Source: an uncultured Phycisphaerales bacterium
GTDB lineage: Bacteria > Planctomycetota > Phycisphaerae > Tepidisphaerales > Tepidisphaeraceae
DNA length: 64,000 nt
Direction of reading: 5' to 3'
NCBI GenBank assembly: GCA_963758525.1
Contig: CAVWVQ010000001.1
Span: forward strand, 128,001-192,000
A program made the position numbers and the translations under genes. Below, one piece after another: positions 10,450-21,051 of this stretch; positions within the stretch are counted from its first letter, which is position 1, and each line of letters opens with the position of its first letter. The notes under the pieces were generated by a model. It was not told the DNA's origin, did not search any database, and saw only the letters and a list, made by a program, of their open reading frames with translations.

Positions 10450-11926
10450 GAAATAGTCCTCTCTGTAGCCACTGAAGTCAGTGGTACGATGAGCCTAACA
10501 GATGAGCCATTTCCTGCCTGCGCTTGTATTTCCATTCGTCCTCCCAGCCCGGCCAGCCGTTGACGAATGTTGAACAGCCCGAAGCCCCCGGTTTGTCTTG
10601 CCTGAGGGTTCGCCAAGGCTTGACTACATCCTGCTCCGTCGTCTTTTACGGTGAGCTTCGCATTTTGCCCATCGCGCTCGATGAAAACAGTGCAGGTGCG
10701 CACGTTGGCGTGCTTCGACACATTCAACAGCAGTTCCTGCACCGCCGCAAAGGCAATCAGCCTCGCGGCGTCCGAAAGAGGCTTGGTTTGACCATCATCC
10801 TGCACCTCGACATTAAGCCCGTATTGCTCTCGAGCCCGCCCGGCCAGCCAGCGAACTGCCGCCTCGAGACCGAGCTCATATAACACCGGCGGACTGATCT
10901 CCCATGTCAGTGATCGGGTACGACTGATCGTCTCCTCGATGAGGCCGTGGATCATCATGAGGCGTCCGGCAAGGGGCTTGGCCAGTTCAGATTCCACGGC
11001 CGCCCCCAACTGAAGCTTGGCAACCGCCAGCGTCTGCCCGATCGAATCGTGCAGCACTGTCGCGATGCGCCGTCGCTCGCGCTCCTCAGCGAGCATGAGC
11101 TCCGATGACAGCGCAACCAGTTGTTCCTGGTGCGCGCGCAGCTCATGCTCGACGCGCTTGAGATCGGTCAGGTCCAGTGCGAATCCGACGCATTCATCCG
11201 GCGGATCGTCCAGCATCGCGCAGCCCACCAGCACGGGAACACGCCGCCCATCCGGGAGCACATGCTCTTTTTCATAGGGAGTGCAGACGCGACGGGTTTT
11301 TAGCTCCTCGATCGCCTTGCTGTCGAGGTGGCGATGCTCCGGTGCCGTAATCGAGAGCCAATTCACGTCGTGCCGTTGTATTTCTTCCCGCCTGCAGCCA
11401 ACAAGCCGGCGAAATTCATTATTGCCCGCGCGCACATCACCGGCCAGGTCAGAAAAGAATACGGCGATCATGTTGGCTTCAGATAGCGCCTGGCGCGCGC
11501 CTCGCTCCGTCGCGCTTTGCGCTCGCTGATTTCGCACCGCCGTTTTGATCTGAGCAACTGGCCGTTTAGATAGGAAATCAGCATCCCCACAAGCGAAAAT
11601 AGCAATACTCGCGCGATGTCCCCAGATTGTTTCAACCCAAAAGAATGGGGCGGATTGAACAGGTAGTAGTCTACAGCCATTGCTCCGATGGCAATGACAA
11701 GGACGCCCGGTCCGAAACCCCCGTACCACGAACTGATAGCCACGGCGGCATAGAACAGCAGGAACGGAACAGGCTCGCCCAATCTGTGGTGCAACGCCGC
11801 CACGGCACCGAAGGCCATCGCCGAAGCTAGAACGGCCAGCCCATAGCGGCGTACAACCTGCGTCGGGTGGTCGTCGGAATCTCCGGAAATTTGTGTTGCC
11901 CGTCGCAATGGCTCAGCGTATCGCAT
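10446..11926 (-). CDS. Membrane (DUF4118-like) PAS sensor histidine kinase, HisKA_3 type (frameshift near 11490)
   Basis: N-terminal TM helices, PAS, EERERRRIATVLHDSIGQ, DDGAG, GFGL. Confidence 0.8.
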
Positions 11927-12094
11927 TTCCGCAGCGGTGCGAATCGTGAATCGCTTCGACGTGTCCGATCGCGGTGGAACTGTCAGGCCTTTACTGGAGA
12001 TTTTCTCGCTTCTGATCGGCCGAGGCCCAGCCCCTCCACCGCCTGGACTCCGTGATACCCGAGGACGGTGTTATCCCGCAACTGGCGGTCCGCT

Positions 12095-12245
12095 TGAACA
12101 TGCGTTTGGACAACCATTCGCCGGTGACGCGGTGGTGTTCAGCGCGGCTTGCAACGGTGCCGTGGGCGCCGAGCCAACATCGCGGCCGCTCAAGGTGACA
12201 ACGGTTTGTCCGCTCTGGCGATGCAGGCGGTAGGAGGGGACTGAG
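12095..12245 (-). pseudogene. N-terminal remnant of planctomycete-type tyrosine integrase
   Basis: VPSYRLHRQSGQTVVTLSGRD then (shifted) LGAHGTVASRAEHHRVTGEWL, resembling the PSYRLHK.SGQAVVTL.GRD..LG..G...SRAEY.R...EWL pattern; just 3' of tRNA-Val. Confidence 0.65.
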
Positions 12246-12371
12246 CTTTCTTGGAGCTTTGGCGTTGCAGTGCTCCAGATAGCCAAAAACGGAAGTCTTC
12301 CGTTTTTTCTGACCGCACTGCCTTCACGTGAGCAGGTGAGTTAACTTAAATCTCGGCGTATTTTACTTCGA

Positions 12372-12445
12372 TGGGCGATGAGGGGCTCGAACCCCCGACC
12401 TCACGGGTGTGATCCGTGCACTCTGGCCAACTGAGCTAATCGCCC
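12372..12445 (-). tRNA. tRNA-Val (CAC)
   Basis: GGGCGAT acceptor, CACGG-ATCACAC-CCGTG anticodon arm, GTTCGA T-loop; CCA not encoded. Confidence 0.95.
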
Positions 12446-12455
12446 GACGGCATGC

Positions 12456-12484
12456 ACTGTACGAATGCCACGACGACAAATCAA
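12456..12484 (-). promoter_or_regulatory. sigma70-like promoter of tRNA-Val
   Basis: TTGATT-17bp-TACAGT on minus strand. Confidence 0.55.
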
Positions 12485-12890
12485 TTAAAAGTTACACCCC
12501 CTGCGGGCGTACGCGACGATTTGCTCAACGAGCGGCGCGTTCGCCTCGGGGAAGGGAAGTTCCGCGAGCCGATCGCATTGGATCCATCTCACCTCCTGGC
12601 TCGCCAGAGCTTTCGGCTCGCCGGCGTCGATGCGGCAGAGCAAAGGGGTCAGCCGGACATGGATGGTCGGGTAGTCGAAATCGACCGGATCGAATGCGCC
12701 GATGATCCGCGCTGATGCCGAGTTCTTCGGTCAACTCGCGCGCCAACGTCTGGTGAACCGTCTCTCCTTCTTCGCGCTTTCCGCCGGGGAATTCCCAGAG
12801 GCCGGCGAACGCGCCGGCATCAAGCCGACGGCAAACGAGCACGGTTTGATCGCGAAGGATGATTCCGAGGACGACCTCGACTCGCCGCAT
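12485..12890 (-). CDS. mutT: MutT/NUDIX hydrolase (frameshift near 12705)
   Basis: WEFPGGKREEGETVHQTLARELTEELG Nudix box; shifted frame continues FDYP..RL..FPEAN to TAA 12485. Confidence 0.8.
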
Positions 12891-13061
12891 TCACCCTTTG
12901 TACGCGCAGGCCGAAGCGGCCGCCAACAAATCTTCGACGCCACCGCGTGTGCGGAACGGGTCGGTTCGCCCCCTGAAAAGAAAGATTTGAAAATTTTATA
13001 AAGCCATTGTTAGCATGATTTTATATAGCAAAATCCCTCCTCGGGATCAGTTTTCATTGAA

Positions 13062-13091
13062 TTGACAAGCCGTGCGAGGCAGCGGTATATT
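13062..13091 (+). promoter_or_regulatory. sigma70 promoter upstream of pyrK leader
   Basis: TTGACA-18bp-TATATT. Confidence 0.6.
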
Positions 13092-13094
13092 TCC

Positions 13095-13226
13095 GGGGGT
13101 CTTTTGAGTCTTCTGACGACGAACTTTCGAAATACGGCTCCAATGCCGTGGCGCGCTTCCGGAGGTGGACAGGAGCCACCCCTCCGGAAGCTTTTTTTTT
13201 GATTCGTGCCATCGGGAAAAGCACCC
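13095..13226 (+). ncRNA. Structured RNA (attenuator leader or 6S-like)
   Basis: GCTTCCGGAGG...CCTCCGGAAGC hairpin followed by T9; 5' GGGTCTTTT/TTCTGA/ACGAA pairs with 3' TTCGT/TCGGGA/AAAAG.ACCC. Confidence 0.5.
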
Positions 13227-14186
13227 ATGATCGCGGCTCCACGCAGCCAGTTTGTCTCGAGGGTTGTCTCCAACACATTTCTTTGCCGGGAACATTACCG
13301 GCTTGTGCTGCGCGTCGCGTCGTTTCCGCCGACAGAGCCGGGGCAGTTTGTGCAGATCTCCTGCCGGGCAATGGATGCGGATGATCAGGCCGAAATGGAA
13401 CTGACGTGGAGCGAAGAGCAGCTTCCCAAGCTTGCCGGGAATGACTTGAGATCTCCCAGCGCGGTCCTTCGCCGGCCCTTCTCGCTGGCGGGACGACGCG
13501 ATACGCAAGGAGGCGCCGAGCTTGAGATCATTCACCGCGTTGTCGGCGTCGGCACCGAATGGCTCAGCAAGCTCGCGGCAGGTGACGAAGTCCATCTCCT
13601 TGGGCCGTTGGGCAACCGCTTTATGCTTCCTCCTGAGGATGTGCCGGCCGTGCTGGTTGGCGGCGGCGTGGGAATCCCCCCCATGCTCTATCTCGCCCAG
13701 CGCCTGGCGGGACGAACCGCCGTCGCGTTCTGCGGCGCGCTGAGCCGGGATTTGCTTCCGTTCACCCTCAACGAGCCAAGGCGGGCCGCGACCGCGCGTG
13801 CTTCGGTGGATGCGGTTCGGCCGGAGTTGATCGTGGAAGAGTTCGCCCGCCATGGGATCCCTTCAGTCATCACCACCGACGACGGGTCGTTCGGCTTCCG
13901 CGGATTCGTCACGCAGGCGTTGGAACAGTATCTCGATGCCCGCAATGCAAACCCGGTCATATACACCTGCGGCCCCGAGCCCATGATGAAACGCGTGGCG
14001 GAAATCGCCGCGGCCCGTGGCTTGGAGTGTCAGATTGCCGTCGAGCGCACGATGGCCTGCGGCATGGGAACGTGTCAAAGCTGCGTCATTCGAGTTCGGC
14101 GTCCAGCGACCGCCGGCCGTGATTGGGTCTACCGCCTCGCCTGCACCGATGGTCCGATCTTCAGAGGGGACGAATTGCTGTGGTAG
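13227..14186 (+). CDS. pyrK: Dihydroorotate dehydrogenase electron transfer subunit
   Basis: LRRPFS, GPLGN, VGGGVGIPP, CGPEPMM, MACGMGTCQSC...C 2Fe-2S. Confidence 0.9.
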   Translation: MIAAPRSQFVSRVVSNTFLCREHYRLVLRVASFPPTEPGQFVQISCRAMDADDQAEMELTWSEEQLPKLAGNDLRSPSAVLRRPFSLAGRRDTQGGAELEIIHRVVGVGTEWLSKLAAGDEVHLLGPLGNRFMLPPEDVPAVLVGGGVGIPPMLYLAQRLAGRTAVAFCGALSRDLLPFTLNEPRRAATARASVDAVRPELIVEEFARHGIPSVITTDDGSFGFRGFVTQALEQYLDARNANPVIYTCGPEPMMKRVAEIAAARGLECQIAVERTMACGMGTCQSCVIRVRRPATAGRDWVYRLACTDGPIFRGDELLW

Positions 14187-14220
14187 GGGGGAAAGGGCAG
14201 AGGAAGGCACGAAGGGGGAG

Positions 14221-14400
14221 GAAGGCACGGAGGCACGAAGGGTGAGGAAGGGGATTCTATAAAAACAGATTCCCGCCGCGCAGCGTCCTTCCCTTCGTGC
14301 CTCCGTGCCTTCGTGCCTTCGTGCCTTTCCCTCCCCGTGCCTTTCCCTCCCCGTGCCTTTCCCTCCCCGTGCCTTCCCCTCCCCGTGCCTTCCCCTCCCT
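14221..14400. repeat. 22-bp inverted repeat plus 5x16-bp tandem repeat
   Basis: GAAGGCACGGAGGCACGAAGGG 14221-14242 vs reverse complement 14291-14312; (GTGCCTTYCCCTCCCC)x5 at 14321-14400. Confidence 0.9.
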
Positions 14401-14416
14401 CCCCCACCCCGTCGTC

Positions 14417-14445
14417 TTGACATGCCTCGACCCCCTTCCTATCGT
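14417..14445 (+). promoter_or_regulatory. sigma70 promoter of gap
   Basis: TTGACA-17bp-TATCGT; a second TACAAT at 14470. Confidence 0.55.
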
Positions 14446-14459
14446 GCCCAAACCCTTAG

Positions 14460-15521
<1,062 letters not shown>

Positions 15522-15664
15522 CCAGGAATTGCGTTGAGCGAAGAACAGAGTTGATCGTTTCAGGAAAGTCTCTACACTCGCGTATGCGGCGTGGCGATGA
15601 TGCTGCGGGCCGCGCAGAACCTCCGCCGCCCAGATTGGCAGAAGACGTTGACGGAGTTAACAGA

Positions 15665-16771
15665 ATGGCTGTAGCCAACGAAGTGGAAGCGCGATCGGCC
15701 GGCCGGAAAGGCGCAGCCGCATCCTCGTCGACACCCTCGCAAACCAATGGCAATGGGCACGCGCTGAGCACGGACGCGGAAACTCAAATCGACCGGCTGC
15801 GCATGATGATGCTCATCCGCCGATTTGAAGAACAGACCTTTCGCGAATACACCAAGCCTGGGCAGAAGATCGGCGGATTTTGTCATCTGTACAGCGGGCA
15901 GGAAGCGATCGCCGTCGGCACGGCTGCTCTGTTCGACAAGAAGCGAGATTACCTGGTCAACGGCTACCGCTGCCACGGTCACAGCCTGGCGCTGGGCATG
16001 TCGCCTCACGTTGCAATGGCAGAGTTGTTCGGCAAGGGAACCGGCTGCTCAAAGGGGAAGGGCGGGTCGATGCATCTGTTCGATGTATCGGTCGGCAACA
16101 TGGGCGGCCATGGAATCGTCGGCGGGCAACTCCCTCTGGGAACGGGATTCGCCTTCGCCCAGCATTATAAGAAGACCGGCGGCGTAACGTTCACCTTCAT
16201 GGGTGACGGCGCAATCAACCAGGGGACGCACAACGAATCATTGAACCTCGCCAGCCTTTACAAGCTCCCCTGCATCTTTGTGGTGGAGAACAATGGCGTG
16301 GCGATGGGGACGCAAGTCGAACGCTCCAGCGCCGAGAAGGATCTTGCCGAGCGCGGCTCGGGATATGCCATGCCGCACTATCATGTCGACGGCAACGATG
16401 TTGACATCGTCATCGCGGAATTTGGAAAAGCCGTCGAGCGGGGCCGTTCCGGCAAGGGGCCCAGCTATATCGTCGCCGACACCTATCGCTTTCGCGGCCA
16501 CTCCACATCCGATCCTCAGAAATATCGCAAACTTAAAGATGGAAGCTGGGCGCCCGAGGTGGAGGAAGCCCGCAAGCGCGATCCGATTACCTGCTATCAG
16601 GCCCGCCTCGTGGAGAAGGGTATCATCACCGCGGAAAAGGCCGAGGCGATGGAGCAGGAAGTAGCCGACGAAGTTGCCGCCGCCATCGAGAAGGCGGATG
16701 CCGACTCGTTCCCCGATCTGAACGACCGGTTCAATGACGTGCTTGCGGAAAAGTATCCCGTGAAAAACTAG
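15665..16771 (+). CDS. pdhA: Pyruvate dehydrogenase E1 alpha
   Basis: GFCHLYSGQEA, GDGA..N TPP motif, YRFRGHS. Confidence 0.95.
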   Translation: MAVANEVEARSAGRKGAAASSSTPSQTNGNGHALSTDAETQIDRLRMMMLIRRFEEQTFREYTKPGQKIGGFCHLYSGQEAIAVGTAALFDKKRDYLVNGYRCHGHSLALGMSPHVAMAELFGKGTGCSKGKGGSMHLFDVSVGNMGGHGIVGGQLPLGTGFAFAQHYKKTGGVTFTFMGDGAINQGTHNESLNLASLYKLPCIFVVENNGVAMGTQVERSSAEKDLAERGSGYAMPHYHVDGNDVDIVIAEFGKAVERGRSGKGPSYIVADTYRFRGHSTSDPQKYRKLKDGSWAPEVEEARKRDPITCYQARLVEKGIITAEKAEAMEQEVADEVAAAIEKADADSFPDLNDRFNDVLAEKYPVKN

Positions 16772-16839
16772 TTGTGCCATTCGGCGGATCAGCGTCTGAT
16801 CCGCGTTGCCCGCTCTTCAACGCCTAACCCCCCAAACCC

Positions 16840-17823
16840 ATGCCCCAGATGCAATTTCGCGAGGCTCTCCGCTCGGCCATGATCGAGGAGATGGATCGCG
16901 ACGAAAATGTCTTCCTGATGGGCGAGGAAGTCGCCGAGTACAGCGGCGCATACAAGGTTTCCGAGGGGATGCTCGAGAGATTTGGGCCCTCGCGGATCAT
17001 CGATACCCCTATCAGCGAGTCCGGATTCTCCGGACTGGGCGTTGGCGCCGCGATGTGCGGCCTTCGGCCCATCATCGAGTTCATGAGCTGGTCGTTCACG
17101 CTCGTCTGCATGGATCAGATCGTGAACAATGCCGCCAACGTGCGCTACATGTCGGGCGGGCAGTTCAAGGTGCCGATCGTCTTCCGCGGTGGAAATGGAA
17201 TCGCCCACCAGCTAGCGGCGACGCACAGCCATCGAATGGAAAGCATCTACGCGCGAATCCCCGGCCTGATCGTAGTTGCTCCATCGACTCCCGCCGATGC
17301 GAAGGGCCTGCTCAAAACATCGATCCGCTGCGATGATCCGGTGATCTTTCTCGAATCCGAGAAGATTCTCAATGAAGTCGGCGAGGTCCCTGACGGCGAT
17401 TTTGTTCTCCCGCTCGGCAAGGCAAACGTCGAGCGCGAAGGGAAGGACGTGACGCTCATCAGCTACGGTCGGCCGATGCAGCGCGTGGTACGCTCCGCAG
17501 TCGCCGCGCTGGTCGATACGCATGGCATCGACGTCGAGCTGATCGACCTGCGAACACTTCGACCGCTTGATATGGAGACGATTCTCGCGTCGATCAGGAA
17601 GACCAATCGCTGCGTGATCGTCGACGAGGACTGGGGTTATTGCGGAATGGGATCCGGCATCCTCTACAAGATTCAGAAGCCGGCGTTCGATGATCTGGAC
17701 GCGCCGATCGAATACGTTCACAGCGACGAAATTCCAGTTCCGTTCAGCCATCCGCTGGAGGAGGCGATGCTCCCCAGCGTCGACCGAATCGTCACGGCGG
17801 TCAAAGAGGTTACATACCGATGA
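16840..17823 (+). CDS. pdhB: Pyruvate dehydrogenase E1 beta
   Basis: MGEEVAEYSGAYKVS, DTPISE, IDLRTLRPLD. Confidence 0.95.
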   Translation: MPQMQFREALRSAMIEEMDRDENVFLMGEEVAEYSGAYKVSEGMLERFGPSRIIDTPISESGFSGLGVGAAMCGLRPIIEFMSWSFTLVCMDQIVNNAANVRYMSGGQFKVPIVFRGGNGIAHQLAATHSHRMESIYARIPGLIVVAPSTPADAKGLLKTSIRCDDPVIFLESEKILNEVGEVPDGDFVLPLGKANVEREGKDVTLISYGRPMQRVVRSAVAALVDTHGIDVELIDLRTLRPLDMETILASIRKTNRCVIVDEDWGYCGMGSGILYKIQKPAFDDLDAPIEYVHSDEIPVPFSHPLEEAMLPSVDRIVTAVKEVTYR

Positions 17824-17860
17824 AGGCACGGAGGCACAAAGGCACGCAGGCACGAAGGGA
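17822..17860. repeat. GGCAC(G/A)NA 8-mer tandem repeat, same family as 14221
   Basis: gaaggcacggaggcacaaaggcacgcaggcacgaaggg. Confidence 0.7.
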
Positions 17861-17956
17861 AGAGAGCGACATGCGAGTTATTCTTCACATGATTCGCGCG
17901 ACCGATGTTCGGTGTGAAGTGCTGTTTCCGTGAGTTAATCAGAGGCTCAAGTTCCT

Positions 17957-19344
17957 ATGCCTTCCGAAATCACCATGCCTCAGCTCTCGGACACCATGGC
18001 CGAGGGCACTGTCGTGAAGTGGCGCAAGAACGAAGGGGACCGCGTGAAGGCGGGCGACATCGTTGCCGAGATCGAAACCGACAAGGCAACCATGGAGATG
18101 GAGGCTTTCGAGGCGGGCACTCTGGCGTTCATCGCCGTGCCCGAAGGGGGCAAAGTCGCCGTTGGCGCCACTATCGCGATACTCGCGATCGGCAAAGAGA
18201 ACTCCGCCGATGTGAAGAAGCAGTTCGCGTCGAGGAAGACTGCGGCATCGTCCGCCACGGCCCCTGCGCCAGTCACGGCCGAAGCTGCCACGACTGCTGA
18301 AGCTTCAATCCCTCCGCAACAGGCGCCTGCGTCGGCGGTCGCCACGCTGGAGTCAGCGGTGAGCGGCGAATTGCATGAACCCGATGAAGTGGGGCATCAC
18401 GCCACGCGGAGCGTCGTTCCTCCAAACGAAACGGCCGCCGCTCCCAACGGCAGCAATGGCGGCCGAGTGCGCATCTCCCCGCTGGCGAAGCGCATCGCCG
18501 CGGATAAGGGCTTCGACATCGCACAGATTACCGGCACTGGCCCGCAGGGACGAATTATCCAGCGCGACGTGCTGAATTTTACCGCGCCCGTCGCGCGCTC
18601 CGCCCCTGCGGCTCTCGCGCCGGCGGTTCTTGCCGCCGCCTCGCGACCCCCAACGGGCGCCAAGACGGTCATCCCGCTGACAAAGATGCGGGCGGTGATC
18701 GCGCAACGCCTCCAGCAGTCGAAGCAGACGCTCCCGCATTTCTACGAGACGGTCGACATCGACGTCGAGGCCGTTTCCCAATTGCGCGTTCGCCTGAATC
18801 AACAACTGGAAGCCCAGAAAATTCGCCTGTCCATCGGCGACTTCGTCGCCAAGGCCGTTGCCGTCACTCTGCTGCGTCATCCCGGCTTGAACGCCACGTT
18901 CGACGGCAAGGAAATCACCCGCCACGCCTCGGTCAACCTCGGTATCGCGGTAGCCCTCCCCGAAGGCCTGATCGTCCCCGTCCTGCGCGGAATCGATCAA
19001 CTGGGCCTGCGCGAGATCCGCCTGCGCAGCGCCGACCTCGTCGAGCGCGCCGCGCCCAGCGCCTCAAGCAGGACGAACTTTCCGGGGCGACCTTCTCTGT
19101 CAGCAACCTCGGCACCTTCGGCGTCCGCGAGTTCAGCGCCATCATCAATCCCCCCGAAGTCGGCATTCTCGCCGTCGCCGCGGCCGAGAAGCGGGCCGTC
19201 GTCCGCAACGATCAGATCGTCGCCCGCACGATGATGACCGTTACGCTCTCGGCCGATCACCGCGTCGTCGACGGCGCCGCGGCAGCCGAGTTCCTCCGCA
19301 CGCTCAAGACGCTGCTGGAAGAGCCGGGGTTGATGCTCGCCTGA
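17957..19344 (+). CDS. pdhC: Dihydrolipoamide acetyltransferase E2 (frameshift near 19050)
   Basis: ETDKA lipoyl motif, SPLAKR E3-binding; shifted frame has SNLG, AIINPP, DHRVVDG and TGA 19344. Confidence 0.9.
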
Positions 19345-19462
19345 CTCCCGTCGCGGCGCAACTCGTCCACCCCGGGGATGCTACGCCAATCAGGACGTTC
19401 CGCACCCGCGGGCCTCGCAATACAATTCTTCTGTCCCGACAAACCGGAAACAGGAGAAATCC

Positions 19463-20701
19463 ATGAGGCTCATCACACCCGCTGGAAGCGCACTATTTGT
19501 GGTCTTCTCACTGCTGCCGTCCGCGCGGGCAGACGATCCGTTTCAAATCTCCGCCCAGTCCACCAGCGGGCCTCCGGTCACCAGCACCGTCAACGGCAGC
19601 AACTTGCCAAGACTGCTGAATGACCTGATCAAAGGGAAGGACGGGTTTTCCTCGCTGCGGAATGTCAGCAGCACCGCGTCGGTGCGATATGGCACGGAAA
19701 ATAATGCGATCGTCGTCACCCGCAACGCGGGCGGAACCGCCGCGAGCGTGTCGATTCCGTCGATCAACTTCAAAAGGAATTTCACCGGCACCGACAGCGC
19801 CGATCTGGAGAGGCACGTCGAGAAGTTCTTCAGAAAAGACGGCGCGGACACATACGGAAAGTTTGTCGAATCGGTCAACCAACGGACAACACTCGGCGTC
19901 GTCGATGGCAACCCGCTTGCCGCGACGGCGGTCTTCGCAAATCAGCCGTACGTGCAGTTTGGACTGCAGCCCGCGCCTACGCCTCCCGGGGAACACGCCG
20001 TTAATCGGCTCGATCAGGTGGCCACGCCCAACTTACGGTTGGATGTCAACGGCGGTTACTCGCACAGCGACTCCGGCAACGGATATTACGCCGGCGGCGC
20101 CTTCAGTTTCGGAGCGAAGCTGGGCGACCGTGTTGGACTCGTGTCGACGACCCCGTTCGAGTATCGATATGTTGCCGGCGCAACCGCGTATGACGTTGCC
20201 GAAGAAGTATCGCTGCCGGTCGTTTTGCTTCCGCCGCGCGGGCGGGCGAGTCTGGATTGGATGCTGACGCCGACGGTCTTTGCCGGCGGAGCCGGGTCCG
20301 TCGATCTGGCGGCGGGGGGCGTCTTCCTCGGCGGAGGACTGACCAGCTCCCTCTCGTTGCGATTTGCAGGCTTTATCTTCACGCTTGCCGACGAGATCAA
20401 TTATGCCCACGGGTTTCCCATCACCGTCGGCGACTACAAGTTTGACACACGCGTCGAGCAGGAAGTGGCAAAGAACGGCGTGAAGATTACGCGATTCATC
20501 GGCAACGATCTGTATGTGGATGCCGGGATCACCTACACCGAGTTCCTGCGCAAGGCCGCTGTCGGCGAATACTGGACCCCTACGGCCGGGATCGGGGTAC
20601 GGCTCGGGCCCGGTGCAGGCTTGCGCATGGGATACTCCGGGGATTTCGGACCGGGCTTCATCGATCATGGCGGCGCGTTGCAGTTTTATCTGAACTATTG
20701 A
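19463..20701 (+). CDS. Secreted protein, probable outer-membrane beta-barrel
   Basis: Signal peptide ending ARA, Gly/aromatic beta strands, terminal QFYLNY; AGGAG RBS. Confidence 0.6.
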   Translation: MRLITPAGSALFVVFSLLPSARADDPFQISAQSTSGPPVTSTVNGSNLPRLLNDLIKGKDGFSSLRNVSSTASVRYGTENNAIVVTRNAGGTAASVSIPSINFKRNFTGTDSADLERHVEKFFRKDGADTYGKFVESVNQRTTLGVVDGNPLAATAVFANQPYVQFGLQPAPTPPGEHAVNRLDQVATPNLRLDVNGGYSHSDSGNGYYAGGAFSFGAKLGDRVGLVSTTPFEYRYVAGATAYDVAEEVSLPVVLLPPRGRASLDWMLTPTVFAGGAGSVDLAAGGVFLGGGLTSSLSLRFAGFIFTLADEINYAHGFPITVGDYKFDTRVEQEVAKNGVKITRFIGNDLYVDAGITYTEFLRKAAVGEYWTPTAGIGVRLGPGAGLRMGYSGDFGPGFIDHGGALQFYLNY

Positions 20702-21051
20702 GCGCACTTTCCATGCGAAGCGATGCTGACGCCAAAGCCCTGGCGCTGCGGGGCCGCGCGTCCGCCTTCGCGTTTTCCCTGGAAAAACGCCGACGATGAA
20801 AACAAATATCGCGCCTGGGAAAAAAAGTACGCGGACCGCACACGCCTCTTTGCGGTCTGCAAGCTGGTCGAGCATCTCGGGCCTCCGGAAGTTGCGGCAT
20901 CCAGCCGGCCAATTGTTGATCTGCACGATCAGTTCACTTGCGGATCCGCCACCCACCCGCTCGCCTGAGCGCGCTTCGACACTCCCGTCACGTTCCAATC
21001 ACCAATCACCACTAATTTCGGCTATAATGCCCATCCGAGGAGACCGTTACC

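Noticed and set aside
14321..14400. Possible CRISPR array
   Set aside because: Contiguous tandem units without spacers; no cas genes in window
20723..20968. 81-aa ORF, possibly a C-terminal gene fragment
   Set aside because: Family not recognised and no clear start
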